Source of the DNA: a virus
DNA length: 64,000 nucleotides
Reading direction: 5' to 3' (one strand)
IMG/VR virus record: IMGVR_UViG_3300025121_000776
Location: 1 to 64,000 of that record
The notes below the pieces were generated by a model. It ran no database searches and had not been told where the DNA came from. It was given only the letters and a program-made list of their open reading frames with translations. Of the stretch, positions 9,904 to 18,928 are shown one piece after another. The position numbers and the translations under genes were made by a program. How positions within the stretch are numbered: the stretch's first letter is position 1; every line of letters starts with the position of its first letter.

Positions 9904-11288
9904 AAATTTTATTAGTAGTCTATGATAATGGGTCTCATATTCATTGGTTTCCGCAGGGTATAGCTTACATTGCAGCTGCTTTAAAAAAAAATCATGAGGT
10001 TAAAATTTACAACCAGGACATACATCATTATCCCGAAGAACATTTAACAAATTATCTAAATGAAAATAAATTTGATTTAATCGGAATAGGAGTTATAGGA
10101 GGGTATTATCAGTATATAAAACTTTTAAAATTATCAAAAGCCATAAACAATTCTATTAATCGACCATATTTTGTAATAGGGGGTCATGGTCCATCTGCCG
10201 ACCCAGAGTATTTTTTAAAAAAAACAAGAGCAGATTTTGTTGTTGTTGGAGAGGGAGAAGAAACAATTGTAGAATTAGCAGAGGAATTAGAAAAAAAAAT
10301 AAAGAAGTTTGAAAATATTGATGGAGTTGCGTTTTGGAAGAAATCTAAGATAGTAATTAATAAGAGAAGACAAGTTGTTAAAAATATTGATTTATTACCA
10401 CTTCCCGCATATGATTTATTTCCTATAGAGCACTATAGACTTTCGCAAGAGCCAAATTCAAGTGGCACTGATTTTGTCATTCCAATTTTAACTGGAAGAG
10501 GTTGTCCGTTTACTTGCAATTTTTGTTATAGAATGGATAAAGGCTTTAGAGTTAGAAACAATAATGCTATTATCGAAGAAATTAAATTCTTGAAAAAAAA
10601 ATATAATATAAATTATTTTTCTTTTAGCGATGAGCTTTTAATGTCTTCTAAAAAAAGAGTTATTAGCTTATGTGAAGATATCATAAAAGAAAATTTAAAT
10701 ATTAAATGGAATTGCAATGGAAGGTTAAATTATGCAACCAAAGATGTTGTTGAAATTATGAAGAAGGCTGGGTGTGTTTTTATTAATTATGGAATTGAGT
10801 GTTATGATGATGAAATTTTGAAAATAATGAATAAAAAACTAACAGTAGAGCAAATAAAAACTGGAATTGAAAACACATTAGAAGTTGGAATAAGTCCTGG
10901 CTTTAATATAATATTTGGAAATATTAATGAGGATACAAATACTTTAAATAAAGGTGTTGAATTTTTACTAGAGCATGATGATTGTTCACAAATAAGGACA
11001 ATTAGACCAGTTACTCCCTATCCAGGAAGCCCTTTGTATTATTATGCAATAGAAAATGGCATGCTAAAAGATTGTGAAGATTTTTATGAACATAAACACA
11101 CGAATTCAGATTTATTAAGTGTAAATTTTACAAAATTAACGGATGAAGAGTTTTATAAAGCTATTTATCAAGCAAATGAAAAATTGCTAAACAATTATAT
11201 AGAAAAAACTAAAGAGAAAAATAAAAAAACATTAGACTCTTTATATAAAAGTAAAAATGCAGAATTCAGAGGATTTAGAAAAGTATAA
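9900..11288 (+). CDS. Cobalamin-binding radical SAM enzyme
   Basis: N-terminal B12-binding domain (GGHGPS, VVGEGEET), GRGCPFTCNFC CxxxCxxC motif, PYPGSPLY. Confidence 0.9.
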   Translation: MKILLVVYDNGSHIHWFPQGIAYIAAALKKNHEVKIYNQDIHHYPEEHLTNYLNENKFDLIGIGVIGGYYQYIKLLKLSKAINNSINRPYFVIGGHGPSADPEYFLKKTRADFVVVGEGEETIVELAEELEKKIKKFENIDGVAFWKKSKIVINKRRQVVKNIDLLPLPAYDLFPIEHYRLSQEPNSSGTDFVIPILTGRGCPFTCNFCYRMDKGFRVRNNNAIIEEIKFLKKKYNINYFSFSDELLMSSKKRVISLCEDIIKENLNIKWNCNGRLNYATKDVVEIMKKAGCVFINYGIECYDDEILKIMNKKLTVEQIKTGIENTLEVGISPGFNIIFGNINEDTNTLNKGVEFLLEHDDCSQIRTIRPVTPYPGSPLYYYAIENGMLKDCEDFYEHKHTNSDLLSVNFTKLTDEEFYKAIYQANEKLLNNYIEKTKEKNKKTLDSLYKSKNAEFRGFRKV

Positions 11289-11327
11289 TTAATAAAACAA
11301 GAAAAAAAAGAAAGATAAAAAAATAGC

Positions 11328-11930
11328 ATGGATAATTTAAAAACAATAGATACTAGATTATCTGACCACATTAGAATGGTTATAGATATTATGAAAAATG
11401 ATAAAATAACTAAAACAATTAGTTCCACTGCTGAAACTATTATTAAAGCTTTAAAAACAAAAAAAAAGGTATTAATATGCGGTAACGGCGGCTCTGCTGC
11501 CGATGCTCAACATATTGCCGCTGAGTTATCTGGCAGATTTAGATTTGATAGAAAACCTTTGTTTGCTGAAGCATTACACACTAATAGCTCTTACTTAACT
11601 GCGGTTGCTAATGATTATGGTTATGAGTTTATATATTCTAGACTATTAGAATGCATGAGTAATTCTGGTGATATACTAATTGGAATTTCCACTTCTGGAA
11701 ATTCTAAGAACATTATAAATGCTATGATTGAAGCTAGAAAACAAAATATGATTATCGTTTCATTAACTGGTGAAACTTTTAATGAAATGGATAAGTTAGC
11801 TGATTATTCAATTAAAATTCCATCTACCGATATTGCCAGAATTCAAGAAGGACATATATTGGCTGGCCATATAATATGCGAGATAATAGAAAATAAACTT
11901 TTTAATAATGAATACAAACGGACTAACTAA
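11328..11930 (+). CDS. gmhA: Sedoheptulose-7-phosphate isomerase (SIS domain)
   Basis: ICGNGGSAADAQHIAAEL, TAVANDYG, ISTSGNS, IQEGH motifs. Confidence 0.9.
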   Translation: MDNLKTIDTRLSDHIRMVIDIMKNDKITKTISSTAETIIKALKTKKKVLICGNGGSAADAQHIAAELSGRFRFDRKPLFAEALHTNSSYLTAVANDYGYEFIYSRLLECMSNSGDILIGISTSGNSKNIINAMIEARKQNMIIVSLTGETFNEMDKLADYSIKIPSTDIARIQEGHILAGHIICEIIENKLFNNEYKRTN

Positions 11931-12705
11931 CATAAACATCGAGCTAACTAATAAATGCAACAAAAGTTGCTGGATGTGTGGAAGAAGAAAACTAGAAAAG
12001 AAAATGCCAGATTTCAAAAACTTTTACAACAAAGAGATGGATTTCTCTTTGTTGGAAAAAATCTCTAAAGAAACTCCTTTTGGAATCACCGTTCAACTCC
12101 ACAATAACGGAGAACCACTTCTATATTCAAGATTTGGAGATGCTGTGAATTTATTTAATAACCAAATAGTAAATATTGTAACAAATGGAAAATTGCTTTT
12201 AAAAAAATATGATGAAATAGTTGAAAACTTAGACACTTTATCTATTTCCGTTTTTGAGAATGATATAGAAAGTGAAAAACAATTTGAAATAATTAAAAAA
12301 TTTTTAAAGAAAAAAGGCAGCAAAAGCCCCTATACGACTCTTAGGCTTGTTGGTAATGTCGAGAGACAAAAATATGAAAACCTAAATACTCAAATAATAA
12401 GTAGGACTCTCCATTCTCCAATGGGAAGTTTTGAATATAGAAGAGACCCAACAGTTCCAGAAACGGGTATTTGTCTAGATTTTCTTAATCATCTAGCAAT
12501 TAATTTTGAAGGTAATGTTTCTATTTGCGTAAGATTCGACCCTAATAAACTTGGAGTCATAGGAAATGTTAAAGAAAATACCCTGCAAGAAATATGGAAC
12601 AGCGAAAAAAGAATGGAGTGGAAATTATCCCACATCAAAGGGGAAAGAAACAAAGTTCCACTTTGTTCTTATTGTAAATTTTGGGGAATACCCACTGGAA
12701 ATTAA
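11908..12705 (+). CDS. Radical SAM protein with SPASM/twitch domain
   Basis: ELTNKCNKSCWMC, GEPLL, C-terminal C..LAINFEGNVSIC...GNV..TLQEIWN...CSYC. Confidence 0.85.
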   Translation: MNTNGLTNINIELTNKCNKSCWMCGRRKLEKKMPDFKNFYNKEMDFSLLEKISKETPFGITVQLHNNGEPLLYSRFGDAVNLFNNQIVNIVTNGKLLLKKYDEIVENLDTLSISVFENDIESEKQFEIIKKFLKKKGSKSPYTTLRLVGNVERQKYENLNTQIISRTLHSPMGSFEYRRDPTVPETGICLDFLNHLAINFEGNVSICVRFDPNKLGVIGNVKENTLQEIWNSEKRMEWKLSHIKGERNKVPLCSYCKFWGIPTGN

Positions 12706-12715
12706 AAAAGAGTTG

Positions 12716-12759
12716 ATTTATAATTTTTTTTTAATTATCTTTAAAAAAAAATTATAAAT
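12716..12759. repeat. Perfect 19-bp AT-only inverted repeat just upstream of neuB
   Basis: ATTTATAATTTTTTTTTAA (12716-12734) / TTAAAAAAAAATTATAAAT (12741-12759), 6-nt loop; ATG at 12761. Confidence 0.75.
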
Positions 12760-12760
12760 T

Positions 12761-13585
12761 ATGAAAAATAAAGTGTTTTTAATTGCAGAAATTGGACTGA
12801 ATCACAACGGGGATATAGATTTAGCCAAAAAACTAATTACTAAAGCAAAAAATTCGGGAGCTGACGCTGTTAAATTCCAAAAAAGAACAATAGATTCAGT
12901 CTATTCAAAAGAAGAGCTAGATAAACCAAGAGAATCTCCTTGGGGAACAACAACAAGACAGCAAAAGGAAGGTTTGGAATTTTCTATTGAACAATATATT
13001 GAGCTCGAAAAATATTCCAAAGACCTTTCTCTGGATTTTATAGTTTCATGTTGGGATGAAAATAGTTTAGATTTAATAGAAAAAAACTTAAATGTAAAAT
13101 ATCATAAAATTGCTTCTGCTATGTTAACTGACAAAAGCTTTTTAGACAAAATAAATGAAACTAAAAAACCAGTTATTGTTTCAGTTGGAATGAGTACAGA
13201 AGAAGAAATTAAAAACGCAGTAAATCAATTATATAATGTCGAATACATTTTATCTTGCACTAGTACATACCCTACAAAAAAAGAAGAAGTTAATTTAAAA
13301 GCTATTTCGTCACTTAAAAATATGTTTCCAGATAAAAAAATAGGATTTTCGAACCACTACAACGGCCTTATGGCTTGCTTTGGAGCTACAGCTTTTGGTG
13401 CTGAATGTATTGAGTTTCACATTACGTTAGATAGAACTATGTATGGTTCTGACCAAGCAGCCTCAGTAGAGCGCTCTGAAGACTTAATTGAAGGTATAAG
13501 GACAATGCAGAAACTTTTAGGTGATGGAGTAATAAAGATATATGATTCAGAAATTCCAATTTTACAAAAATTAAGAAAAAAATAA
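12761..13585 (+). CDS. neuB: NeuB-family PEP-dependent ulosonate synthase, short form without C-terminal SAF/AFP-like domain
   Basis: IAEIGLNHNGD, ADAVKFQKR, KIASA, SCTSTYP, GFSNH, IEFHITLD...GSDQAAS. Confidence 0.9.
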   Translation: MKNKVFLIAEIGLNHNGDIDLAKKLITKAKNSGADAVKFQKRTIDSVYSKEELDKPRESPWGTTTRQQKEGLEFSIEQYIELEKYSKDLSLDFIVSCWDENSLDLIEKNLNVKYHKIASAMLTDKSFLDKINETKKPVIVSVGMSTEEEIKNAVNQLYNVEYILSCTSTYPTKKEEVNLKAISSLKNMFPDKKIGFSNHYNGLMACFGATAFGAECIEFHITLDRTMYGSDQAASVERSEDLIEGIRTMQKLLGDGVIKIYDSEIPILQKLRKK

Positions 13586-13589
13586 TGTA

Positions 13590-15071
13590 ATGAAAAAGAT
13601 TTTAGTTATTATAGGACAACACAGAAGCGGAACCTCTATGTTGTCTGGTTCGCTAGAATTAGCAGGTGGATGGTTGGGAATAAATTACCAATTTGAAGCT
13701 GACCAGTATAATCAGAAAGGATATTTTGAAAACAAATGGACTGATGAGTTTAACAATAGAGTGCTTAGAAGGCTTCACTGTGACTGGCATCATGTTACAC
13801 ATATTCCAGACAATTGGTTAGACCATGGATTTAACGATTTATACAACGAATTAATAGAGTATATAGCTTATGATTTAAGCCATTTACCAGAAAACAAATT
13901 TTATGTAATTAAAGACCCTAGAATTTCTTTGATTTTACCAATATACCTTAAAGCATTTGACAGTTTAAATATTGATGCCAAATTTATCTTTTCAGACAGA
14001 GAAACAGAGGAAATAGTAAATTCAATTTTTCACAGAGATGGTTTAGAAAAAAACATGGTAAGAAATGCAGTTATTAATCACAGACATTATGCTAAAAAAC
14101 ATTTAAAAGAAGGCGACTATATATGGACAAATACATTTTCAAATATGTTTTATAGACCAGATAAATTTTTAAAATTCATCAAAGAAAAATTTAATATTCC
14201 TATGGATGTTTCCCCAGAAGCATTAAAGAATATAAGTCAATTTGTAGATGTAAATTTAAAAAATCATAATAAAGGGAAAAATTGTAAAGTAATCGCAACA
14301 TATTTTGGACCTAGAAGAACTCAAATTTCATATCACAAAGAAAGTAATGTAAAGGGAATTATTGATAAAGTCTCTGGAGAAGAATCAAGCCTACGAGCCA
14401 TAAAAGAGCTTATTGAAAATGAAAGAAAAATTGATTCTGGAGTATTCATGGATACAATAATCGTAAATCATGATATATCTGAATTAGTAGAAATTCCAAA
14501 AGCTAAAAGTTATTTAGAGGAAATTGACGGTACTCCAACTCTAAATGGTGTGATAAAAATCATAAATAGACCATGGAATAAAGGAATTGGGGGAAGTTTT
14601 GGCTCGTTTGATTATGCGTTTCAGCATTTTAAAAATGATTATGAATATTGGTTTTTCACTGAAGATAATGTTATTCAAATAGAAAACAATTACTTTAAGG
14701 CGTGTATAGAACAATTAAAAGAAGATATCACTATTGGATTTGTTTGTGCATATAGATATACAACACTTGCTGAAAATAAACATGAAAAATCTCATTGCCA
14801 TGGTGGATGTGGAGCAACTCATATTGACAAACTAAACATAATTAATAAAGAATTAGGACATTTGCCTTATTTTGAGTTACCATATACAACTCAAATGACA
14901 CAATATGCCAAAAATGAATCTGCTTTTAATTTTGTAAGTGGACAATGGTATGGCAAATTTGAAGAAATTGGCGAAGTTAATTTTACAAATGCATATATTC
15001 AAGCAGGATATAAATTAAAAGATATTAATTTTGATTTAAAACTTTGTCGTTATTATCTTGATTATTATTAA
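13590..15071 (+). CDS. Sulfotransferase-family domain fused to a GT-A-like domain
   Basis: GQHRSGTSML 5'-PSB-like loop, KDPRISL, R...E...S; C-terminal half paralogous to 15093..15842. Confidence 0.65.
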   Translation: MKKILVIIGQHRSGTSMLSGSLELAGGWLGINYQFEADQYNQKGYFENKWTDEFNNRVLRRLHCDWHHVTHIPDNWLDHGFNDLYNELIEYIAYDLSHLPENKFYVIKDPRISLILPIYLKAFDSLNIDAKFIFSDRETEEIVNSIFHRDGLEKNMVRNAVINHRHYAKKHLKEGDYIWTNTFSNMFYRPDKFLKFIKEKFNIPMDVSPEALKNISQFVDVNLKNHNKGKNCKVIATYFGPRRTQISYHKESNVKGIIDKVSGEESSLRAIKELIENERKIDSGVFMDTIIVNHDISELVEIPKAKSYLEEIDGTPTLNGVIKIINRPWNKGIGGSFGSFDYAFQHFKNDYEYWFFTEDNVIQIENNYFKACIEQLKEDITIGFVCAYRYTTLAENKHEKSHCHGGCGATHIDKLNIINKELGHLPYFELPYTTQMTQYAKNESAFNFVSGQWYGKFEEIGEVNFTNAYIQAGYKLKDINFDLKLCRYYLDYY

Positions 15072-15092
15072 TTTTTTGATTATTTTTATAAA

Positions 15093-15842
15093 ATGAAAGT
15101 TTGTAAAGTAATAACAACTGTTTTTTTAGGTAGAAAAATTAGGGAAGATACCACAAGGTGTGGCGTTCCAAGAGGATTGTTTAATCATTCTCAAAATTTT
15201 CCTACCCCACAATCTGTGATTGAATTATTAAAACTAACAATTATTTTAGAAGAAAAATCTTATTCAGGAACAGAAACTGATATTGTTATAGTAAACAATG
15301 ATGTTGATTTTAAAGAAGGAAATGAGTTTTTAAAATCTATTGATGGTAAAAAAATTAGCAATGGAATAATACGAGTTTTTTTTCGAGAAAATTTTGGTCG
15401 CTCTTTTGGAGGCTACAATTATGCTTTTAATATTTTAAAAAATGAGTATGATTACTTTATTTTTACAGAAGACGATATAATAATCCACCGTACAAATTAT
15501 GCAATTAGAGCAATAGAGTTGTTTAATAGCGAAAAAAACATAGGTGCTGTAGCATACCAATCAACATCTATTCAGCACTATAATAAAGTAGCCTCACAAG
15601 AGCACATTCACATACACGGGGGAGTTTGTCTCTCAAGTACAAAAGTTTTAAAAAAGGTGTGTGGTAAATTGGGAAGTTTACCACATTGCAAACAAGGTGA
15701 TTCACAATCGTATGAAGATATAATTGTAAATGGGGAGATAGCATTTACAAATGAAATTTATAAATTAGGTTATGACTTAGTGAATGTCGATGAAAAATTT
15801 TATGACTATGCTTATGATTATATGAGAAACATAATTTTATAA
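15093..15842 (+). CDS. Putative GT-A-like protein, paralog of the C-terminal domain of 13590..15071
   Basis: Shared CKVI.T.F, IVN.D, G.SFG...YAF, F.FTED(D/N), H.HGG, GE..FTN motifs. Confidence 0.5.
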   Translation: MKVCKVITTVFLGRKIREDTTRCGVPRGLFNHSQNFPTPQSVIELLKLTIILEEKSYSGTETDIVIVNNDVDFKEGNEFLKSIDGKKISNGIIRVFFRENFGRSFGGYNYAFNILKNEYDYFIFTEDDIIIHRTNYAIRAIELFNSEKNIGAVAYQSTSIQHYNKVASQEHIHIHGGVCLSSTKVLKKVCGKLGSLPHCKQGDSQSYEDIIVNGEIAFTNEIYKLGYDLVNVDEKFYDYAYDYMRNIIL

Positions 15843-15844
15843 AA

Positions 15845-16633
15845 ATGAATAAACTATCAATATGTATTCCAACTTACAATAAAGAAGGGACAAAACACAA
15901 CGAATCATACAACAATATTACAATGTTGTTAGATTTATTTGAAAGTATTGCAATACAAACATTTAAAGATTATGAAACTATAATTTCAGACCACTCTATT
16001 GATGATAGTGTTAAAGCAATTTGTGACGAATGGAAAGAAATAATAAATATAAAATATTACAAATTCGAAGAAAAATATGGTAGTTGTGAGGCAAATTTAA
16101 ATAATGCAATGAGAAAAGCAACGGGGAAATATATCAAACCAATGTTACAGGATGATTTTTTTTATAACTCAACTGCTTTAGAAAAAATGGTTGCTGCTAT
16201 GGAAAACGGGACTGATGGCTGGGTGGTTGCAGGTAGCGTTTGTATTAACGAAAATGCAAAAAAAAATTTTTACGGTTACCTTGTTCCAAAAATTGTTTCT
16301 AAAGAAGAAATGCTAGAGGGCAATAATTACATGGGAGGCCCATCTGTTATTATGCACAAAAACGAAGATACATTCTATGATGAGTGTTTAATTTGGTTAA
16401 TGGATGTAGAATTTTATTGTAGATTGCTTGATAAATATGGTAACCCATACTTCATAGAAGATACTTTCACTGTTAGTAGAATTAGAGCAGATGGAATATC
16501 AAATACAATGATTTCTTCTGGTATAATAGAAGATGAAAAGAAATATTGTTCCGACAAACTGCATTCTTCTTTAAAAAACATAGAACAATATCCAGCTATT
16601 TATGAAAGAGTTAAAAACAATAAAATAATATAA
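15845..16633 (+). CDS. Glycosyltransferase family 2
   Basis: LSICIPTYN, IISDHS, NLNNAM...G.YIKPMLQDD, GGPS, WLMDVEF. Confidence 0.8.
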   Translation: MNKLSICIPTYNKEGTKHNESYNNITMLLDLFESIAIQTFKDYETIISDHSIDDSVKAICDEWKEIINIKYYKFEEKYGSCEANLNNAMRKATGKYIKPMLQDDFFYNSTALEKMVAAMENGTDGWVVAGSVCINENAKKNFYGYLVPKIVSKEEMLEGNNYMGGPSVIMHKNEDTFYDECLIWLMDVEFYCRLLDKYGNPYFIEDTFTVSRIRADGISNTMISSGIIEDEKKYCSDKLHSSLKNIEQYPAIYERVKNNKII

Positions 16634-16635
16634 AA

Positions 16636-17178
16636 ATGTCATCATACGAAAAAAATGATTTTTATTCTGATTTTTCTCAGATAATTTTAAAGATAAATCC
16701 GCAATTAATTGTGGAATTTGGCATTCTAGATGGATACTCTTTGGATGCTTTTGTTGATTGTAGAAACGAAGTGTGTGAAATTCATGCTTATGATTTGTTT
16801 GATGATTTCCCATTTAATGCAGCAGATTTTAGTACCATACAAAAAATATATGGACACTTTAAAAATATAAAAATAGAAAAATTAGATTTTTATAAAGGGG
16901 TCGATAGATATAAAGATGAATCAATAGACATTCTTCATGTTGATATCGCAAACAATGGAGATGTATATAAGTTTGCAATTGAAAATTATATGAAAAAAAT
17001 TAAAAAAGGGGGAGTTATGTTATTAGAGGGAGGGTCAAAAGAAAGAGATGAGGTTGAATGGATGAATAAATTTAGCAAAAGAAAGATAAATCCATATATA
17101 GAAAGTATAAAAGATAACTTTGACATATCCATAATAGAAAAATTTCCATCAGTAACAATAATAAAAAACAAGTCTTAA
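16636..17178 (+). CDS. Class I SAM-dependent methyltransferase (Methyltransf_24-like)
   Basis: IVEFGILDGYS, IDILHVDIA, KKGGVMLL. Confidence 0.7.
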   Translation: MSSYEKNDFYSDFSQIILKINPQLIVEFGILDGYSLDAFVDCRNEVCEIHAYDLFDDFPFNAADFSTIQKIYGHFKNIKIEKLDFYKGVDRYKDESIDILHVDIANNGDVYKFAIENYMKKIKKGGVMLLEGGSKERDEVEWMNKFSKRKINPYIESIKDNFDISIIEKFPSVTIIKNKS

Positions 17179-17179
17179 A

Positions 17180-18373
17180 ATGAAAAAACCAGAAAATAAA
17201 ATACCTTTATTTAAGGTGTATATGAGCGAAGACGTTATTAAACCTCTATCAGAAGTTTTAATGTCTGGATATATAGGACAGGGGGCAAAAGTAGAAGAAT
17301 TTGAAAAAATTTTAAAAGAATACCTGCAAAATTATTTAGTTGTAACAACAAATGCTGGAACTTCTGCTGCGCATTTAGCATTAAGATTGTTAAAAAATCC
17401 AGCTGAAAATACTGAATCATATTTTGGAACAGCGTTTATTTCAAAAAAATGGTCTGGAATAAATGATGGCGATGAGGTTCTTGCGACTCCGCTGACCTGC
17501 ACGGCATCAAATTTTCCAGCTTTAGCAAACGGAATGAGAATAAAGTGGGTTGATGTAGATTCAAATACTTGTAACATGGATTTAGAAGATTTGGCAAGAA
17601 AAATAACTCACAAAACAAAGATTATAATTCCAGTTCACTGGGGCGGATACCCAAACGATTTAGACAAAATAAAAGAAATTCAAGAAAAAGCAGAACATAT
17701 GTTTGGATTTAAACCAGCTGTCATAGAAGATTGTGCCCACGCATTTGGCTCAACTTATAAAAACAAAAAAATTGGAAACCATGGCAATGCTTGTTTCTTC
17801 AGCTTTCAAGCAATAAAACATTTAACTACTGGGGATGGCGGAGCATTAGTCTTACCGCACAAAGAATTATATGATAGAGCAAAATTATTAAGATGGTATG
17901 GAATTGATAGAGAAACGAATTCTAAAGATTTTAGATGTGAAGATGATATCGCAGAATGGGGATACAAATTTCATATGAATGATATTAATGCAACTATTGG
18001 AATTCACAATTTTCCACACGCATTAGAGGTTGTAAAAAAACATCAAGAAAATGCTAATTTTTATAATGAAAATTTAAAAAATGTTCCTGGAGTCACATTA
18101 ATGGAAAACAGCCCAGACAGAAAATCATCCTATTGGATTTATACAATAAAAGTAGAAAAACGTGATATGTTTATGGATTATATGAAAGAATGTAACATTA
18201 TGGTTAGTAGGGTTCACGAAAGAAATGATAAACATTCTTGTGTTAAAGAATTCAAAGCTATTCTACCAAATTTAGATAAACTTACACAGGAGATGATTTG
18301 TATTCCAGTAGGATGGTGGATTACATCAGAAGAAAGGCAATATATTGTTGATTGTATTAAAAAAGGGTGGTAA
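17180..18373 (+). CDS. DegT/DnrJ/EryC1/StrS sugar aminotransferase
   Basis: NAGTSAAHLA, PVHWGG, IEDCAHAFG, SFQAIKHLTTGDGG with the catalytic Lys present. Confidence 0.9.
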   Translation: MKKPENKIPLFKVYMSEDVIKPLSEVLMSGYIGQGAKVEEFEKILKEYLQNYLVVTTNAGTSAAHLALRLLKNPAENTESYFGTAFISKKWSGINDGDEVLATPLTCTASNFPALANGMRIKWVDVDSNTCNMDLEDLARKITHKTKIIIPVHWGGYPNDLDKIKEIQEKAEHMFGFKPAVIEDCAHAFGSTYKNKKIGNHGNACFFSFQAIKHLTTGDGGALVLPHKELYDRAKLLRWYGIDRETNSKDFRCEDDIAEWGYKFHMNDINATIGIHNFPHALEVVKKHQENANFYNENLKNVPGVTLMENSPDRKSSYWIYTIKVEKRDMFMDYMKECNIMVSRVHERNDKHSCVKEFKAILPNLDKLTQEMICIPVGWWITSEERQYIVDCIKKGW

Positions 18374-18389
18374 TTAAATAAAAAATAAA

Positions 18390-18926
18390 GTGGAACAATT
18401 TACTGGATTAAAGCACCCAATACAAAATTATCCGTTTAGACAAGCTTTAGGCGTGGTAAAATACTTGATACCATATATAAAAAATAAATCTGTATGTGAT
18501 TTAGGTTGTGGATGTGGAGACATCCTTGTGGAAATGCAGAAACATGCCAAGTCAATAGTTGGAATTGAAAATGATTTAAGATTTAAACAAGCAATAGAGG
18601 ATGTTGAAGAAGAAAGGAAATTTATTATATGGGGCGATTTGTTTGAAGTGGATATTCCAAAATGTGACGTTTACTTTATTTGGATATCATCAGATAAAAA
18701 GATGAATGAAAAAATAATAAACCTATTAGAAGAAGGTGTTATAATAATTGACCCTACAATTAGATTGGATTTATTTTCAGGAAATAAAAATTTAGAATTG
18801 ATTGATACAATTGAGTGCAGTTATGATGAAAGTGAGTATATCGGATTTGATGATATTATTATTGACGGAAATCCATTCCCCTCAATTGGAGAGCGCAAAT
18901 TCAAAATTTATAAAAAAATTTCCTAA
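18390..18926 (+). CDS. Class I SAM-dependent methyltransferase
   Basis: VCDLGCGCGD motif I, VGIEND; GTG start. Confidence 0.7.
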   Translation: MEQFTGLKHPIQNYPFRQALGVVKYLIPYIKNKSVCDLGCGCGDILVEMQKHAKSIVGIENDLRFKQAIEDVEEERKFIIWGDLFEVDIPKCDVYFIWISSDKKMNEKIINLLEEGVIIIDPTIRLDLFSGNKNLELIDTIECSYDESEYIGFDDIIIDGNPFPSIGERKFKIYKKIS

Positions 18927-18928
18927 GT

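Noticed and set aside
11328-11930. GmhA as part of a canonical ADP/GDP-heptose pathway
   Set aside because: No GmhB, HldE/HddA or HddC is recognisable in the window. They could lie elsewhere, so this remains unproven rather than excluded.
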